From NCBI GenBank assembly GCA_031362865.1, contig JANLTH010000003.1, positions 62,848 through 126,847 on the forward strand: DNA of 64,000 nt. Direction: 5' to 3'. The notes beneath the pieces were generated by a model, which saw only the letters and a list, made by a program, of their open reading frames with translations, ran no database searches and was not told where the DNA came from. The DNA comes from Burkholderiales bacterium. GTDB lineage: Bacteria > Pseudomonadota > Gammaproteobacteria > Burkholderiales > JAEUOS01. Shown here piece after piece: positions 9,258-17,201 of this stretch (position 1 is the first letter of the stretch; every line of letters starts with the position of its first letter). The translations under genes and the position numbers were made by a program.

Positions 9258-10082
9258 CTACCTGCCGCTACTTGCCTGGGCCAGCGCGCTCGCGCGGTCA
9301 CGCTTGTCATGTTCAATCACCGCATAGGCGGAATGGTTGTGGATCGATTCAAAATTTTCCGACGAGACGGTGTAAGCGGCTATGCGCTCTTCAGCATTGA
9401 GCGCCACTGCGATGTCGCGCACCAAATCCTCGACAAATTTGGGGTTGTCGTAAGCACGTTCAGTCACCCATTTTTCGTCGGGGCGCTTGAGAATGCCGAA
9501 CAGTTCACACGAGGCGGCGCGCTCGGCGATTTGAATCAATTCGAGCACCGGCAAGGGCGCTGCCACCAGCACGCGAATCACGACCCTCGAGCGCTGGTTG
9601 TGCGCGCCGTAGTCAGAAATTTCTTTCGAGCACGGGCACAAGCTGGTGACCGGCACCGCAACTTCAATCGTGTATTCCACCGCGCTGTCAGCTTGTTTTT
9701 TCTCGCGCGTCAGCACCACATCCACATCCATCAAGCTTGCCACACCCGACACGGGCGCGTGCTTGGTGTAGAAGTAAGGGAATTTGAGCGAAAGCAGGCC
9801 GGTTGAAGCCTCCAGCTTGCTCAGCATGCGCTCAAACAGGTCGGCGAACGACTGCGTGTCGATCTCGTTGCCATGGCTATGCATCAGCTCCACGAACCGC
9901 GACATGTGCGTGCCTTTTTGGATGGCAGCCAATCCGACTGCCATATCAACCAGCGCCACCGTGGCGACACCGGAGCCGTCCATCGAGCGCATTTTGATCG
10001 GGTGGCGCATGGCCCTGATGCCAACGCGGTTGATCGCGATTTGGCGGGTATCCAACGCGGATTGCATATCGGGTAGAGTCAA
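9258..10082 (-). CDS. folE2: GTP cyclohydrolase I type 2 (FolE2)
   Basis: 274 aa. DVQ/D.R...I..VGI N-terminal pattern, KGTHMSRF motif and CPCSKEIS cysteine pair are typical of FolE2/MptA. Confidence 0.85.
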   Translation of the reverse strand: MTLPDMQSALDTRQIAINRVGIRAMRHPIKMRSMDGSGVATVALVDMAVGLAAIQKGTHMSRFVELMHSHGNEIDTQSFADLFERMLSKLEASTGLLSLKFPYFYTKHAPVSGVASLMDVDVVLTREKKQADSAVEYTIEVAVPVTSLCPCSKEISDYGAHNQRSRVVIRVLVAAPLPVLELIQIAERAASCELFGILKRPDEKWVTERAYDNPKFVEDLVRDIAVALNAEERIAAYTVSSENFESIHNHSAYAVIEHDKRDRASALAQASSGR

Positions 10083-10156
10083 GCGGAACCTGTTGGCGAA
10101 AAGGAGTACGGTTTACGGACGGTCAGACTGAGATGTTGGCTGAGGAAAATCATATT

Positions 10157-10169
10157 TTGTCCTAGACAA
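10157..10169. promoter_or_regulatory. candidate operator, inverted repeat TTGTC-CTA-GACAA (site 1)
   Basis: Exact 13-mer TTGTCCTAGACAA in the AT-rich divergent region between folE2 and the MerR/B12 regulator. An identical copy lies 96 bp away. Confidence 0.5.
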
Positions 10170-10252
10170 TTAAGCCACGTCTCAAAGATATAGTCTATTC
10201 TGTAGAAAATCAACCCCTATAACGCATTTTTTTGATACATTCATTCTTAATA

Positions 10253-10265
10253 TTGTCCTAGACAA
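10253..10265. promoter_or_regulatory. candidate operator, inverted repeat TTGTC-CTA-GACAA (site 2)
   Basis: Second exact copy of TTGTCCTAGACAA. It overlaps a possible -35 (TAGACA) that has a TTCAAT -10-like hexamer 17 nt downstream. Confidence 0.5.
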
Positions 10266-10316
10266 AATACTTGGTTTAAGGTTCAATAGCATTTTTGCCG
10301 TGGAATTGAAGTCCCC

Positions 10317-11315
10317 GTGACTCTCCAACCCGTTTCCGCTTCCGTGGGCACTGCAAGGTCGGCTGACGCTGGCACTTTTGTCGGCATCAGCGCGGTTGAG
10401 CGCGACACCGGGCTTTCCAAAGACACGCTGCGGGTCTGGGAGCGCCGCTACGGCTTTCCGCAGCCGCATCGCGACGCTGCAGGCGAGCGCCTCTACCCAC
10501 CAGTGCAGATTGATACGCTGCGGCTGATCAAGCGCCTGATGGATCGCGGCATGCGCCCCGGCAAAGTGATCGGGCGACCGCTGGAAGAGTTGCTCGCGCT
10601 CGGGCAAACCGACCCAAAGCCCGCTCTCGCCTCCGCCGCTCTGTTCTCGGCGAGAAGTGCCGGAGCGGCAAGCCTGACGAGCTATCTTGACTTGTTGCGG
10701 GCCCACGCGGTGGAAGATTTGCGCCGCTCCCTGTCGCAAGCACTGCTGCGCCACGGTGTCGCCGATTTTGTGATTGGCACGGTGGCTCCGCTCACACAAA
10801 TGATTGGCGACGCCTGGATGAGCGGGCGGCTGGCGATTTATGAAGAGCACCTCTTTACCGAAACTGTGCAATCCGTGTTGCGCCATGCGATTGCCGCGCT
10901 GCCAAGCGCGATTCACACCGCGCCTGCATCACGCCCGCATGTGTTGCTGACCACGTTTCCGGACGAACAGCACGGCTTGGGCTTGCTGATGGTGGAAGCT
11001 TTGCTCACACTCGAAGGCGCGCGCTGTGTCTCGCTGGGTACTGCGACACCATTGGACGAGATTGCGCGCGCCGCGCAGTCACATGGTTGCGATATTGTCG
11101 CGCTGTCGTTTTCGCAAGCCTACCCCGCCACTCAATTGGCCGACGGCCTGCGCGAGTTGCGCGCCAACCTGCCTGCTGGCACTGAAATTTGGGCGGGCGG
11201 CGCGGGTTCGGCCCTGCAGAAAAAGCCGCCGGAGCAAGTCCGCATCATCGGTGCGCTCAGTGCGGTGCACGCGGCCGTTGCCGAGTGGCGCACGCTACGT
11301 TTGCCGGCGGCGTGA
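10317..11315 (+). CDS. MerR-family regulator with C-terminal B12-binding domain (LitR/CarH type photoregulator candidate)
   Basis: N-terminal MerR HTH (ISAVERDTGLSKDTLRVWERRYGFP). The C-terminal Rossmann-like domain carries the cobalamin signature ExHxxG (EQHGLG), followed by ALSFS and WAGGAG. GTG start. Confidence 0.8.
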   Translation: MTLQPVSASVGTARSADAGTFVGISAVERDTGLSKDTLRVWERRYGFPQPHRDAAGERLYPPVQIDTLRLIKRLMDRGMRPGKVIGRPLEELLALGQTDPKPALASAALFSARSAGAASLTSYLDLLRAHAVEDLRRSLSQALLRHGVADFVIGTVAPLTQMIGDAWMSGRLAIYEEHLFTETVQSVLRHAIAALPSAIHTAPASRPHVLLTTFPDEQHGLGLLMVEALLTLEGARCVSLGTATPLDEIARAAQSHGCDIVALSFSQAYPATQLADGLRELRANLPAGTEIWAGGAGSALQKKPPEQVRIIGALSAVHAAVAEWRTLRLPAA

Positions 11316-11515
11316 GTAATCTGCCGGTCCGGCCTACGCAGTCTGCGAGCACCGGGTTTCGTGGCATCAAAGCCAATTTGCCCTCCAAACCCTGCCTGGT
11401 CTGCGGCCGCGCGATGACTTGGCGGCGCGCCTGGGCAAAAAATTGGGAGGCCGTCAAATATTGTTCAGAGCGCTGTCGTGCCGCCAAGCCTGCGGCAGGC
11501 AGAACCTCGCCATGA
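11312..11515 (+). CDS. DUF2256 zinc-ribbon protein
   Basis: CLVCGRAMTWRRAWAKNWEAVKYCSERC matches the DUF2256 CxxC...CxxxC pattern. The proposed GTG start overlaps the regulator stop (GTGA), and the stop overlaps the photolyase ATG (ATGA). The start is uncertain. Confidence 0.6.
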   Translation: MSNLPVRPTQSASTGFRGIKANLPSKPCLVCGRAMTWRRAWAKNWEAVKYCSERCRAAKPAAGRTSP

Positions 11516-13047
11516 CTCGGAACCTGATACTTGTATTAGGCGATCAACTCAATCGCGACAGCAGGGCCTTCCAGCAGCTCGATGCCACCCAGGATTGCGT
11601 GCTGATGATCGAGCGGCGCTCTGAGAGCCAACAAGTGTGGTGCCACAAGGCGCGCAGCACGCTGTTTCTGGCGGCGATGCGCCACTTTGCCGCCGAGTTG
11701 CGCCAACACCGCCTGCCGCTTGACTATGTGATGCTCGAAGAGGCAATCACAGAGCCATTCTTCACGATGCTTGCCCGAAAAATCAAGCACCACGCGCCGG
11801 ACCGGGTGGTGGTGTGCGAGCCCGGCGAATATCGGATGCTGGCCGGCACTCAAGACACCTGCGCCGCCGCTGGGGTGCCGCTCACGGTGTTGCCCGATAC
11901 CCATTTCTTGTGCTCCCGCGAGGAATTCGCGGCGTGGGCGGGCGACAAAAAACGATTGCTGATGGAAGCTTTCTACCGCCAGATGCGCCGCAAAACCGGC
12001 GTGTTAATGATCGATGGCGAGCCTGTGGGTGGCAGCTGGAATTACGACAAGGAAAACCGCAAAGCCTACCCGCGCACTGGCCCCGGTGAAATCGCGCCTG
12101 CCGCCCGCTTCACGCCCGATGCCACCACTCGCGAGGTGATGGCGCTGGTGGAAACCCACTTGCCCGATCACCCTGGGTCGCTGGCCGACTTCGCCTGGCC
12201 CGTGACCCGCGCCCAAGCGCTGCACGCACTCGACCAATTTGTCAGCACGCGCTTAGGCCACTTTGGCGACTATCAGGACGCGATGTGGGCTGGCGAGCCG
12301 TTTGGCTGGCATGCGCTGCTCTCGCCTGCGATGAATTTGAAGCTCATCAGCCCGCGCGAGGTGATTGATGCGGCGTTGGCCGCTTACCACCGGGATCGGC
12401 TGCCATTGGCGAGTGTCGAAGGCTTTGTGCGGCAGGTGCTGGGCTGGCGCGAATTCATTCGCGGGGTGTATTGGCTCGACGCTCCGCTGATGCGTGAAGC
12501 CAATCACTTCGGCCATCAACGCGCCCTGCCCGCCTGGTATTGGAACGGCAAAACCCAGATGAATTGCATGAAAGAGAGCATTGGGCAAACCTTGCAATAC
12601 GGTTTCGCGCATCACATTCAGCGCTTGATGGTGACTGGCAACTTCGCCCTGCTCGCACAGCTGAATCCGCAGCAAGTGGAAGACTGGTATTTGGCGGTGT
12701 ATGTCGATGCGGTTGAGTGGGTTGAATTGCCCAATACCGCCGGCATGGCGCTCTATGCGACTGGCCCGCGCTTTACCTCCAAGCCCTACATCGCCTCGGG
12801 CGCTTACATCAAACGCATGAGCAACTATTGCAGCGGCTGCCGCTATCAGCCACAGGTGCGCACTGGCCCAAAAGCCTGCCCGATGACCACGCTGTACTGG
12901 AATTTTCTCGACACCCACGAAGCGGCGCTGTTCAAAAATATGCGCACCGTGCTGATGGCAAAAAGCGTGCAGCGCTTGAGCGGTGACGAGCGCGCGGCAA
13001 TCCGCTTGCATGCCGCGCACGTACTTAATAATCTTGACTCTCTATAA
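11512..13047 (+). CDS. cryptochrome/photolyase-family protein of the FeS-BCP (PhrB/CryB-like, (6-4) photolyase) group
   Basis: Starts MTRNLILVLGDQLN. Four Cys spaced C-x87-C-x2-C-x12-C (NCMKES ... YCSGCRYQPQVRTGPKACP), the same spacing as the recalled 4Fe-4S ligands C350/C438/C441/C454 of A. tumefaciens PhrB. Confidence 0.85.
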   Translation: MTRNLILVLGDQLNRDSRAFQQLDATQDCVLMIERRSESQQVWCHKARSTLFLAAMRHFAAELRQHRLPLDYVMLEEAITEPFFTMLARKIKHHAPDRVVVCEPGEYRMLAGTQDTCAAAGVPLTVLPDTHFLCSREEFAAWAGDKKRLLMEAFYRQMRRKTGVLMIDGEPVGGSWNYDKENRKAYPRTGPGEIAPAARFTPDATTREVMALVETHLPDHPGSLADFAWPVTRAQALHALDQFVSTRLGHFGDYQDAMWAGEPFGWHALLSPAMNLKLISPREVIDAALAAYHRDRLPLASVEGFVRQVLGWREFIRGVYWLDAPLMREANHFGHQRALPAWYWNGKTQMNCMKESIGQTLQYGFAHHIQRLMVTGNFALLAQLNPQQVEDWYLAVYVDAVEWVELPNTAGMALYATGPRFTSKPYIASGAYIKRMSNYCSGCRYQPQVRTGPKACPMTTLYWNFLDTHEAALFKNMRTVLMAKSVQRLSGDERAAIRLHAAHVLNNLDSL

Positions 13048-13075
13048 TCGCCAGCTTAGCCGTGAAGGAAATGTG

Positions 13076-13942
13076 ATGCTCTACCCTGAACTGTTCAAAT
13101 CGCTTGAAGCGGTGCGCTGGAACATGGCCACCGACGTGCCGTGGGACTCGTTTGATGCGTCCCAATTGACTGACGAGCAGGCGCAAACGATCAAGATGAA
13201 CGCGATCACCGAGTGGTCGGCCTTGCCCGCCACCGAAATGTTCTTGCGTGACAACCTGGACGACAGTGACTTTTCGGCCTTCATGTCGATCTGGTTTTTT
13301 GAAGAACAGAAGCACTCTCTAGTGCTGCTCGAATATCTGCGCCGCTTCAAACCGGCAATGCTGCCCACCGAGGCCGAGTTGCACAATGTGCGTTTCACCT
13401 TCGACCCGGCCCCCGCGATGGAAACGCTGATGCTGCATTTTTGTGGCGAGATTCGCTTGAACCACTGGTATCGCCGTGCCTCTGAATGGCATACCGAGCC
13501 GGTGATCAAAAAAATCTACGACCTGATTTCGCGCGATGAAGCGCGCCATGGCGGGGCTTACCTGCAATACATGAAGCGCGCGATCGGCAATTTTGGCGAC
13601 TCAGCCCGCGCCGCCTTTGCCAAGGTAGGCGTGTTGATGGCCTCCGCCAACCGCACCGCTCAGGCGCTGCACCCGACCAATTTGCACGTGAACGAGTCGA
13701 TGTTTCCGCATGACACGGTGCAGTCAAAACTGCCCGACCCTTCGTGGCTTGAACGCTGGCTCGACACGCAAATCAAGTTTGACCGCGAATGGGAAACCAA
13801 GGTAGTCAAACGTATCTTGCACAACATGGAAATTTTGTTTGAGTGCAGCTTTGACTCGGTGCAAGACTTGAACCGTTACCGCAAAGAAGTCATTAAGCAA
13901 TTGAATGCCTCACTTGCGGCGAGTGCGCCGGTGGCGGGTTAG
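13076..13942 (+). CDS. ferritin-like diiron-carboxylate protein (acyl-ACP-desaturase-like)
   Basis: Two ExxH motifs (FEEQKHS and RDEARHG), each preceded by a distal Glu (PATEMF, FCGEIR), give the E...ExxH x2 diiron signature. ATG at 13076 follows GAAGGA. Confidence 0.7.
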   Translation: MLYPELFKSLEAVRWNMATDVPWDSFDASQLTDEQAQTIKMNAITEWSALPATEMFLRDNLDDSDFSAFMSIWFFEEQKHSLVLLEYLRRFKPAMLPTEAELHNVRFTFDPAPAMETLMLHFCGEIRLNHWYRRASEWHTEPVIKKIYDLISRDEARHGGAYLQYMKRAIGNFGDSARAAFAKVGVLMASANRTAQALHPTNLHVNESMFPHDTVQSKLPDPSWLERWLDTQIKFDREWETKVVKRILHNMEILFECSFDSVQDLNRYRKEVIKQLNASLAASAPVAG

Positions 13943-13964
13943 CACGCTTAGGGTCAGCAAGCTC

Positions 13965-14450
13965 GTGTCAGCCCCGTCGTTTGAAGCCAAGCTGGTAGCA
14001 CGCGAGGGCGCTGCGGCTCGTGCGGCCTTGCTGCCACGCCCCTTGGTATTTACCAATGGCGTGTTCGACCTCCTACATCGCGGCCACGCCACCTATCTGG
14101 CGCAAGCCCGTACCCGTGGCGCAAGCCTGGTCGTTGCACTCAATACCGACGCTTCGGCGCGCCGCTTGGGCAAAGGCCCAGAGCGCCCCCTGAACAACGA
14201 GGCGGATCGCGCAGCACTGATTGCCGCGCTCGGCGCGGTGGATTTGGTGACGTGGTTTGACGAAGACACGCCCCAAAACTTGATTGCAGAAATCAAGCCC
14301 GACATTCTCATCAAAGGCGGCGACTACGACATGACCAAGTTGCCCGAAACCGCTCTGGTACAAAGCTGGGGCGGCGTGGCTTTGGCGATTCCATTCATTC
14401 ATCAGCGCTCGACCACCGCGCTGGTGAACAAGGTGCGCAGCGTATGTTGA
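13965..14450 (+). CDS. D-glycero-beta-D-manno-heptose 1-phosphate adenylyltransferase (RfaE domain II / HldC-like cytidylyltransferase)
   Basis: LVFTNGVFDLLHRGHATYL nucleotidyltransferase HxGH motif and the KGGDY segment. GTG start at 13965 was chosen by analogy; the track ATG at 13905 would overlap the upstream gene by 38 nt. Confidence 0.8.
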   Translation: MSAPSFEAKLVAREGAAARAALLPRPLVFTNGVFDLLHRGHATYLAQARTRGASLVVALNTDASARRLGKGPERPLNNEADRAALIAALGAVDLVTWFDEDTPQNLIAEIKPDILIKGGDYDMTKLPETALVQSWGGVALAIPFIHQRSTTALVNKVRSVC

Positions 14451-14809
14451 TTGAGCGCTGGCCGTCGAGTGGCCGAGGGCGCAGCCGCACCTCCGCTTAC
14501 GGCGAATTGGTGTGGACGGTCGAGACGGCCCGCAACCCGGCTGCCGACTTCGCGGCGCAAACCGCCGACGTGTTGGCGTTGCTCGATACCTCACTCAGCG
14601 AAGCGGGCTCTGATCGGCAGCGCATGCTATCGGTTCAGGTGCTACTCACTGATATCGGCAATCGCCCCGCTTTTGATGCGCAATGGTGTGAGTGGCTGGG
14701 CGATGATCCACAAGGGTGGCCGCAACGCGCCGTTTCAGAAGCCAAACTGGCTCCCGGTTTGCTGCTTGAAGTTGTCGTGACGGCCGCACGCTTGCCGGGG
14801 ATGAGGTGA
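14444..14809 (+). CDS. RidA/YjgF-family protein
   Basis: 121 aa. Size and C-terminal pattern (LLEVVVTAA) are consistent with the endoribonuclease L-PSP/RidA fold. Overlaps both neighbours by a few nt. Confidence 0.65.
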   Translation: MLIERWPSSGRGRSRTSAYGELVWTVETARNPAADFAAQTADVLALLDTSLSEAGSDRQRMLSVQVLLTDIGNRPAFDAQWCEWLGDDPQGWPQRAVSEAKLAPGLLLEVVVTAARLPGMR

Positions 14810-15615
14810 GCAACGCCGCGCCGTCGATCTTCGCCATCGGCGACGTGCAGGGCTGCCAAAACGCGCACCTGCGCTTGCTCGACAAGATTCATCGCATCGC
14901 CACCGCGCCACGCCTGTGGTATGTCGGCGATTTGGTCAATCGCGGTGAAGATTCTGCGGGCGTGCTGCGCACCATCAAAGCGATGGGTGATGCCGCCGTG
15001 GCAGTGCTGGGCAACCACGATTTGCACCTGCTCGCGGTGGCGCGAGGCTTAGCCAAACAGAAGGCGGGCGACACCATGGACAGCGTGCTGCAAGCGCCGG
15101 ATCGCGATGAATTGCTGCACTGGCTACAGCGCCGACCGCTCGTGTACAGCGAAGCCGGTCAGCTGTTGGTTCACGCCGGGCTGCCACCGCAATGGACGGC
15201 GCAACAGGCGGCGTTCTTGGGTGGTGAAGTCACTGCCGTACTTGCTGATGAAGCGCGCGCCGCAGATTTTTTCGCGGGGATGTATGGCAACGAACCGTCC
15301 CGCTGGGACGATACTCTGCAAGGCCAAGCGCGCTTGCGCTTTATCGTCAACGCCTGCACCCGGCTGCGCTATTGCAATGCCGATGGCACGCTCGATTTTT
15401 TGAGTAAGGAACAAGCCACGCCGCGCGGCTATCAAGCGTGGTTTGACATGCCCGAACGCGCGAGCCGCGATACTTCCATCGTGTTTGGGCATTGGGCAGC
15501 GCTGGGCTTGGTGCAACGGCCCGGGCTGACCGGCTGCGACACCGGCTGCGTGTGGGGGCGGCAATTGACGGCGGTTAATCTTGCCAGCGGCGAAGTGCTT
15601 CAGGTCGATGCCTGA
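14806..15615 (+). CDS. apaH: symmetrical bis(5'-nucleosyl)-tetraphosphatase
   Basis: Metallophosphatase motifs IGDVQGC, GDLVNRG and GNHD, with ApaH-length (269 aa). Confidence 0.9.
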   Translation: MSNAAPSIFAIGDVQGCQNAHLRLLDKIHRIATAPRLWYVGDLVNRGEDSAGVLRTIKAMGDAAVAVLGNHDLHLLAVARGLAKQKAGDTMDSVLQAPDRDELLHWLQRRPLVYSEAGQLLVHAGLPPQWTAQQAAFLGGEVTAVLADEARAADFFAGMYGNEPSRWDDTLQGQARLRFIVNACTRLRYCNADGTLDFLSKEQATPRGYQAWFDMPERASRDTSIVFGHWAALGLVQRPGLTGCDTGCVWGRQLTAVNLASGEVLQVDA

Positions 15616-15647
15616 AGACGCTTATCCCATCAGGCTTTTCAGGTGCA

Positions 15648-16106
15648 TCATCTGGAAACGCACGCTAGTAGACCCTCTTCATACCCCTGCGCCGTAGAAC
15701 AAATCGTCAGCAATTGACGGCGTGGCAGCGTGAAGCGATCCGCGAATGCCAGATGCACCCAGTGCCCGTACTCGTGAATGATTTGGTCGAACTGCAGATC
15801 AGTAGCTGCTAGGGCTCGCGCGACTTCTAGCGGCGTGCCAAATGCTGGGCAGACAAAATCGGCCGCCAAGCCGCGCGCGTGGGCCGAGTGCGTAACACCG
15901 CCGACTGCCACATTGAGCGCAGGCGACCGATACGCGCTGCTGATGCTCAGCTCGTTCCTCAAGAGCGACCGGCTACGCTCCAGGCCCAGCGCCAAACGAC
16001 GCAGATTGGGCAGGTGTTCTTTTGGCGGTTGATTGTCCAGGCCAAGCTCCTGCGCTTTTTGCGACGCAGTGAGTGCTTGCAACGTAAAATTTTCTGAGAG
16101 CTTCAT
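15648..16106 (-). CDS. peptidase M15A-family (D-Ala-D-Ala carboxypeptidase-like) metallohydrolase
   Basis: Only the last 152 codons of track ORF 15648..16523 are used (ATG at 16106). Motifs SAYRSPALN, HSAHARGLAADF and HEYGHWVHL fit the Zn-binding H..D..H of the M15 family. Confidence 0.75.
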   Translation of the reverse strand: MKLSENFTLQALTASQKAQELGLDNQPPKEHLPNLRRLALGLERSRSLLRNELSISSAYRSPALNVAVGGVTHSAHARGLAADFVCPAFGTPLEVARALAATDLQFDQIIHEYGHWVHLAFADRFTLPRRQLLTICSTAQGYEEGLLACVSR

Positions 16107-16140
16107 CAAATCAATTATTCCAGTTCTAAAGGAGACCAAA

Positions 16141-17172
16141 ATGAAAAAATCAACCGCATGGCGTTCGCTGGCGGCCAGTATGGCACTGGTCGGCACGACC
16201 TCCGCTTTTGCGCAAGCGCAGATCAACGTGATTTGCAGCGTGCAAGCCGAGTGGTGCAACATGCTGGCCACCGTATTTGCGCGCACCACCGGCACCAAGG
16301 TGAACATGGTGCAAAAAGGTTCAGGCGAAGCCTTCGCGCAATTGAGCGCCGAGAAGGCCAACCCGAAGACCGACCTCTGGTTTGGCGGCACCGGCGACCC
16401 GCATTTGCAGGCCGCTGAAGTGGGCATCACCGAAGAGTACAAATCGCCTTCTCTGGGCAACTTGCAAGACTGGGCGCAAAACCAGGCGAAGGACTCTAAA
16501 TACAAAACCGTTGGCGTGTACATGGGCGCATTGGGCTTTGGCTACAACACCGAAGTGCTGAAGAAGAAAAACCTGCCAGTGCCGACTTGCTGGGCTGATC
16601 TGCTTAAGCCCAATATGAAAGGCGAGATTCAAATGGCCAACCCGAATTCATCGGGTACTGCCTACACCGCGATTGCTTCACTGGTGCAATTGATGGGCGA
16701 AGACAAAGCCTACGAGTACCTCAAAGGCCTGCATCGCAATATCGGCCAATACCCGCGCTCGGGCACAGGCCCGATCAAGAATGCGGCGCGTGGCGAGACG
16801 GCGGTGTCGATCAGTTTTGTGCATGATGCGCCGGGCGAAGCCTTAGCGGGTTTCCCGGTCAAAGCGGTCACGCCGTGTGAAGGCACGGGCTACGAAATTG
16901 GCTCGATGAGCATTGTCAAAGGGGCCCGCAATATGGAGGCGGCGAAGAAGTTTTACGACTGGGCTTTGACCGCCTCGACGCAAGAGATGGGCGCGGCAGC
17001 GAAACAGTTTCAGGTGCCCTCGAACAAAAACGCCAAGGTGCATGAACTGGTGCCCGACTTCAAGAAGATCAAACTCATCAAGTACGACTTCGCCAAGTAT
17101 GGTGCCGCCGCAGAACGCAAGCGATTGCTGGAGAAGTGGGAGAAAGAGGTCAACTCGATTCCGCGCAGTTAG
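16141..17172 (+). CDS. ABC transporter periplasmic substrate-binding protein, iron(III)-type (FbpA/AfuA-like)
   Basis: ATG at 16141 follows AGGAG. Signal peptide MKKSTAWRSLAASMALVGTTSAFA, with a family-1 solute-binding pattern (SGTAYT). Confidence 0.8.
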   Translation: MKKSTAWRSLAASMALVGTTSAFAQAQINVICSVQAEWCNMLATVFARTTGTKVNMVQKGSGEAFAQLSAEKANPKTDLWFGGTGDPHLQAAEVGITEEYKSPSLGNLQDWAQNQAKDSKYKTVGVYMGALGFGYNTEVLKKKNLPVPTCWADLLKPNMKGEIQMANPNSSGTAYTAIASLVQLMGEDKAYEYLKGLHRNIGQYPRSGTGPIKNAARGETAVSISFVHDAPGEALAGFPVKAVTPCEGTGYEIGSMSIVKGARNMEAAKKFYDWALTASTQEMGAAAKQFQVPSNKNAKVHELVPDFKKIKLIKYDFAKYGAAAERKRLLEKWEKEVNSIPRS

Positions 17173-17201
17173 GTAAGCGTGGTGCCAGCCTTGCAAGGTC
17201 T

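Noticed and set aside
13034-13048. Consensus-looking TTGACT and TATAAT hexamers at the photolyase 3' end
   Set aside because: They are only 3 nt apart, so they cannot function as a -35/-10 pair. TATAAT alone could be an internal -10, but no suitable -35 sits 17 nt upstream.
16098-16125. Possible Fur box in the 34-bp gap between the M15 peptidase gene and the iron-type ABC operon
   Set aside because: The best alignment to the 19-bp Fur consensus GATAATGATAATCATTATC gives only about 10/19 matches by eye, which is too weak to call without a species-specific matrix.
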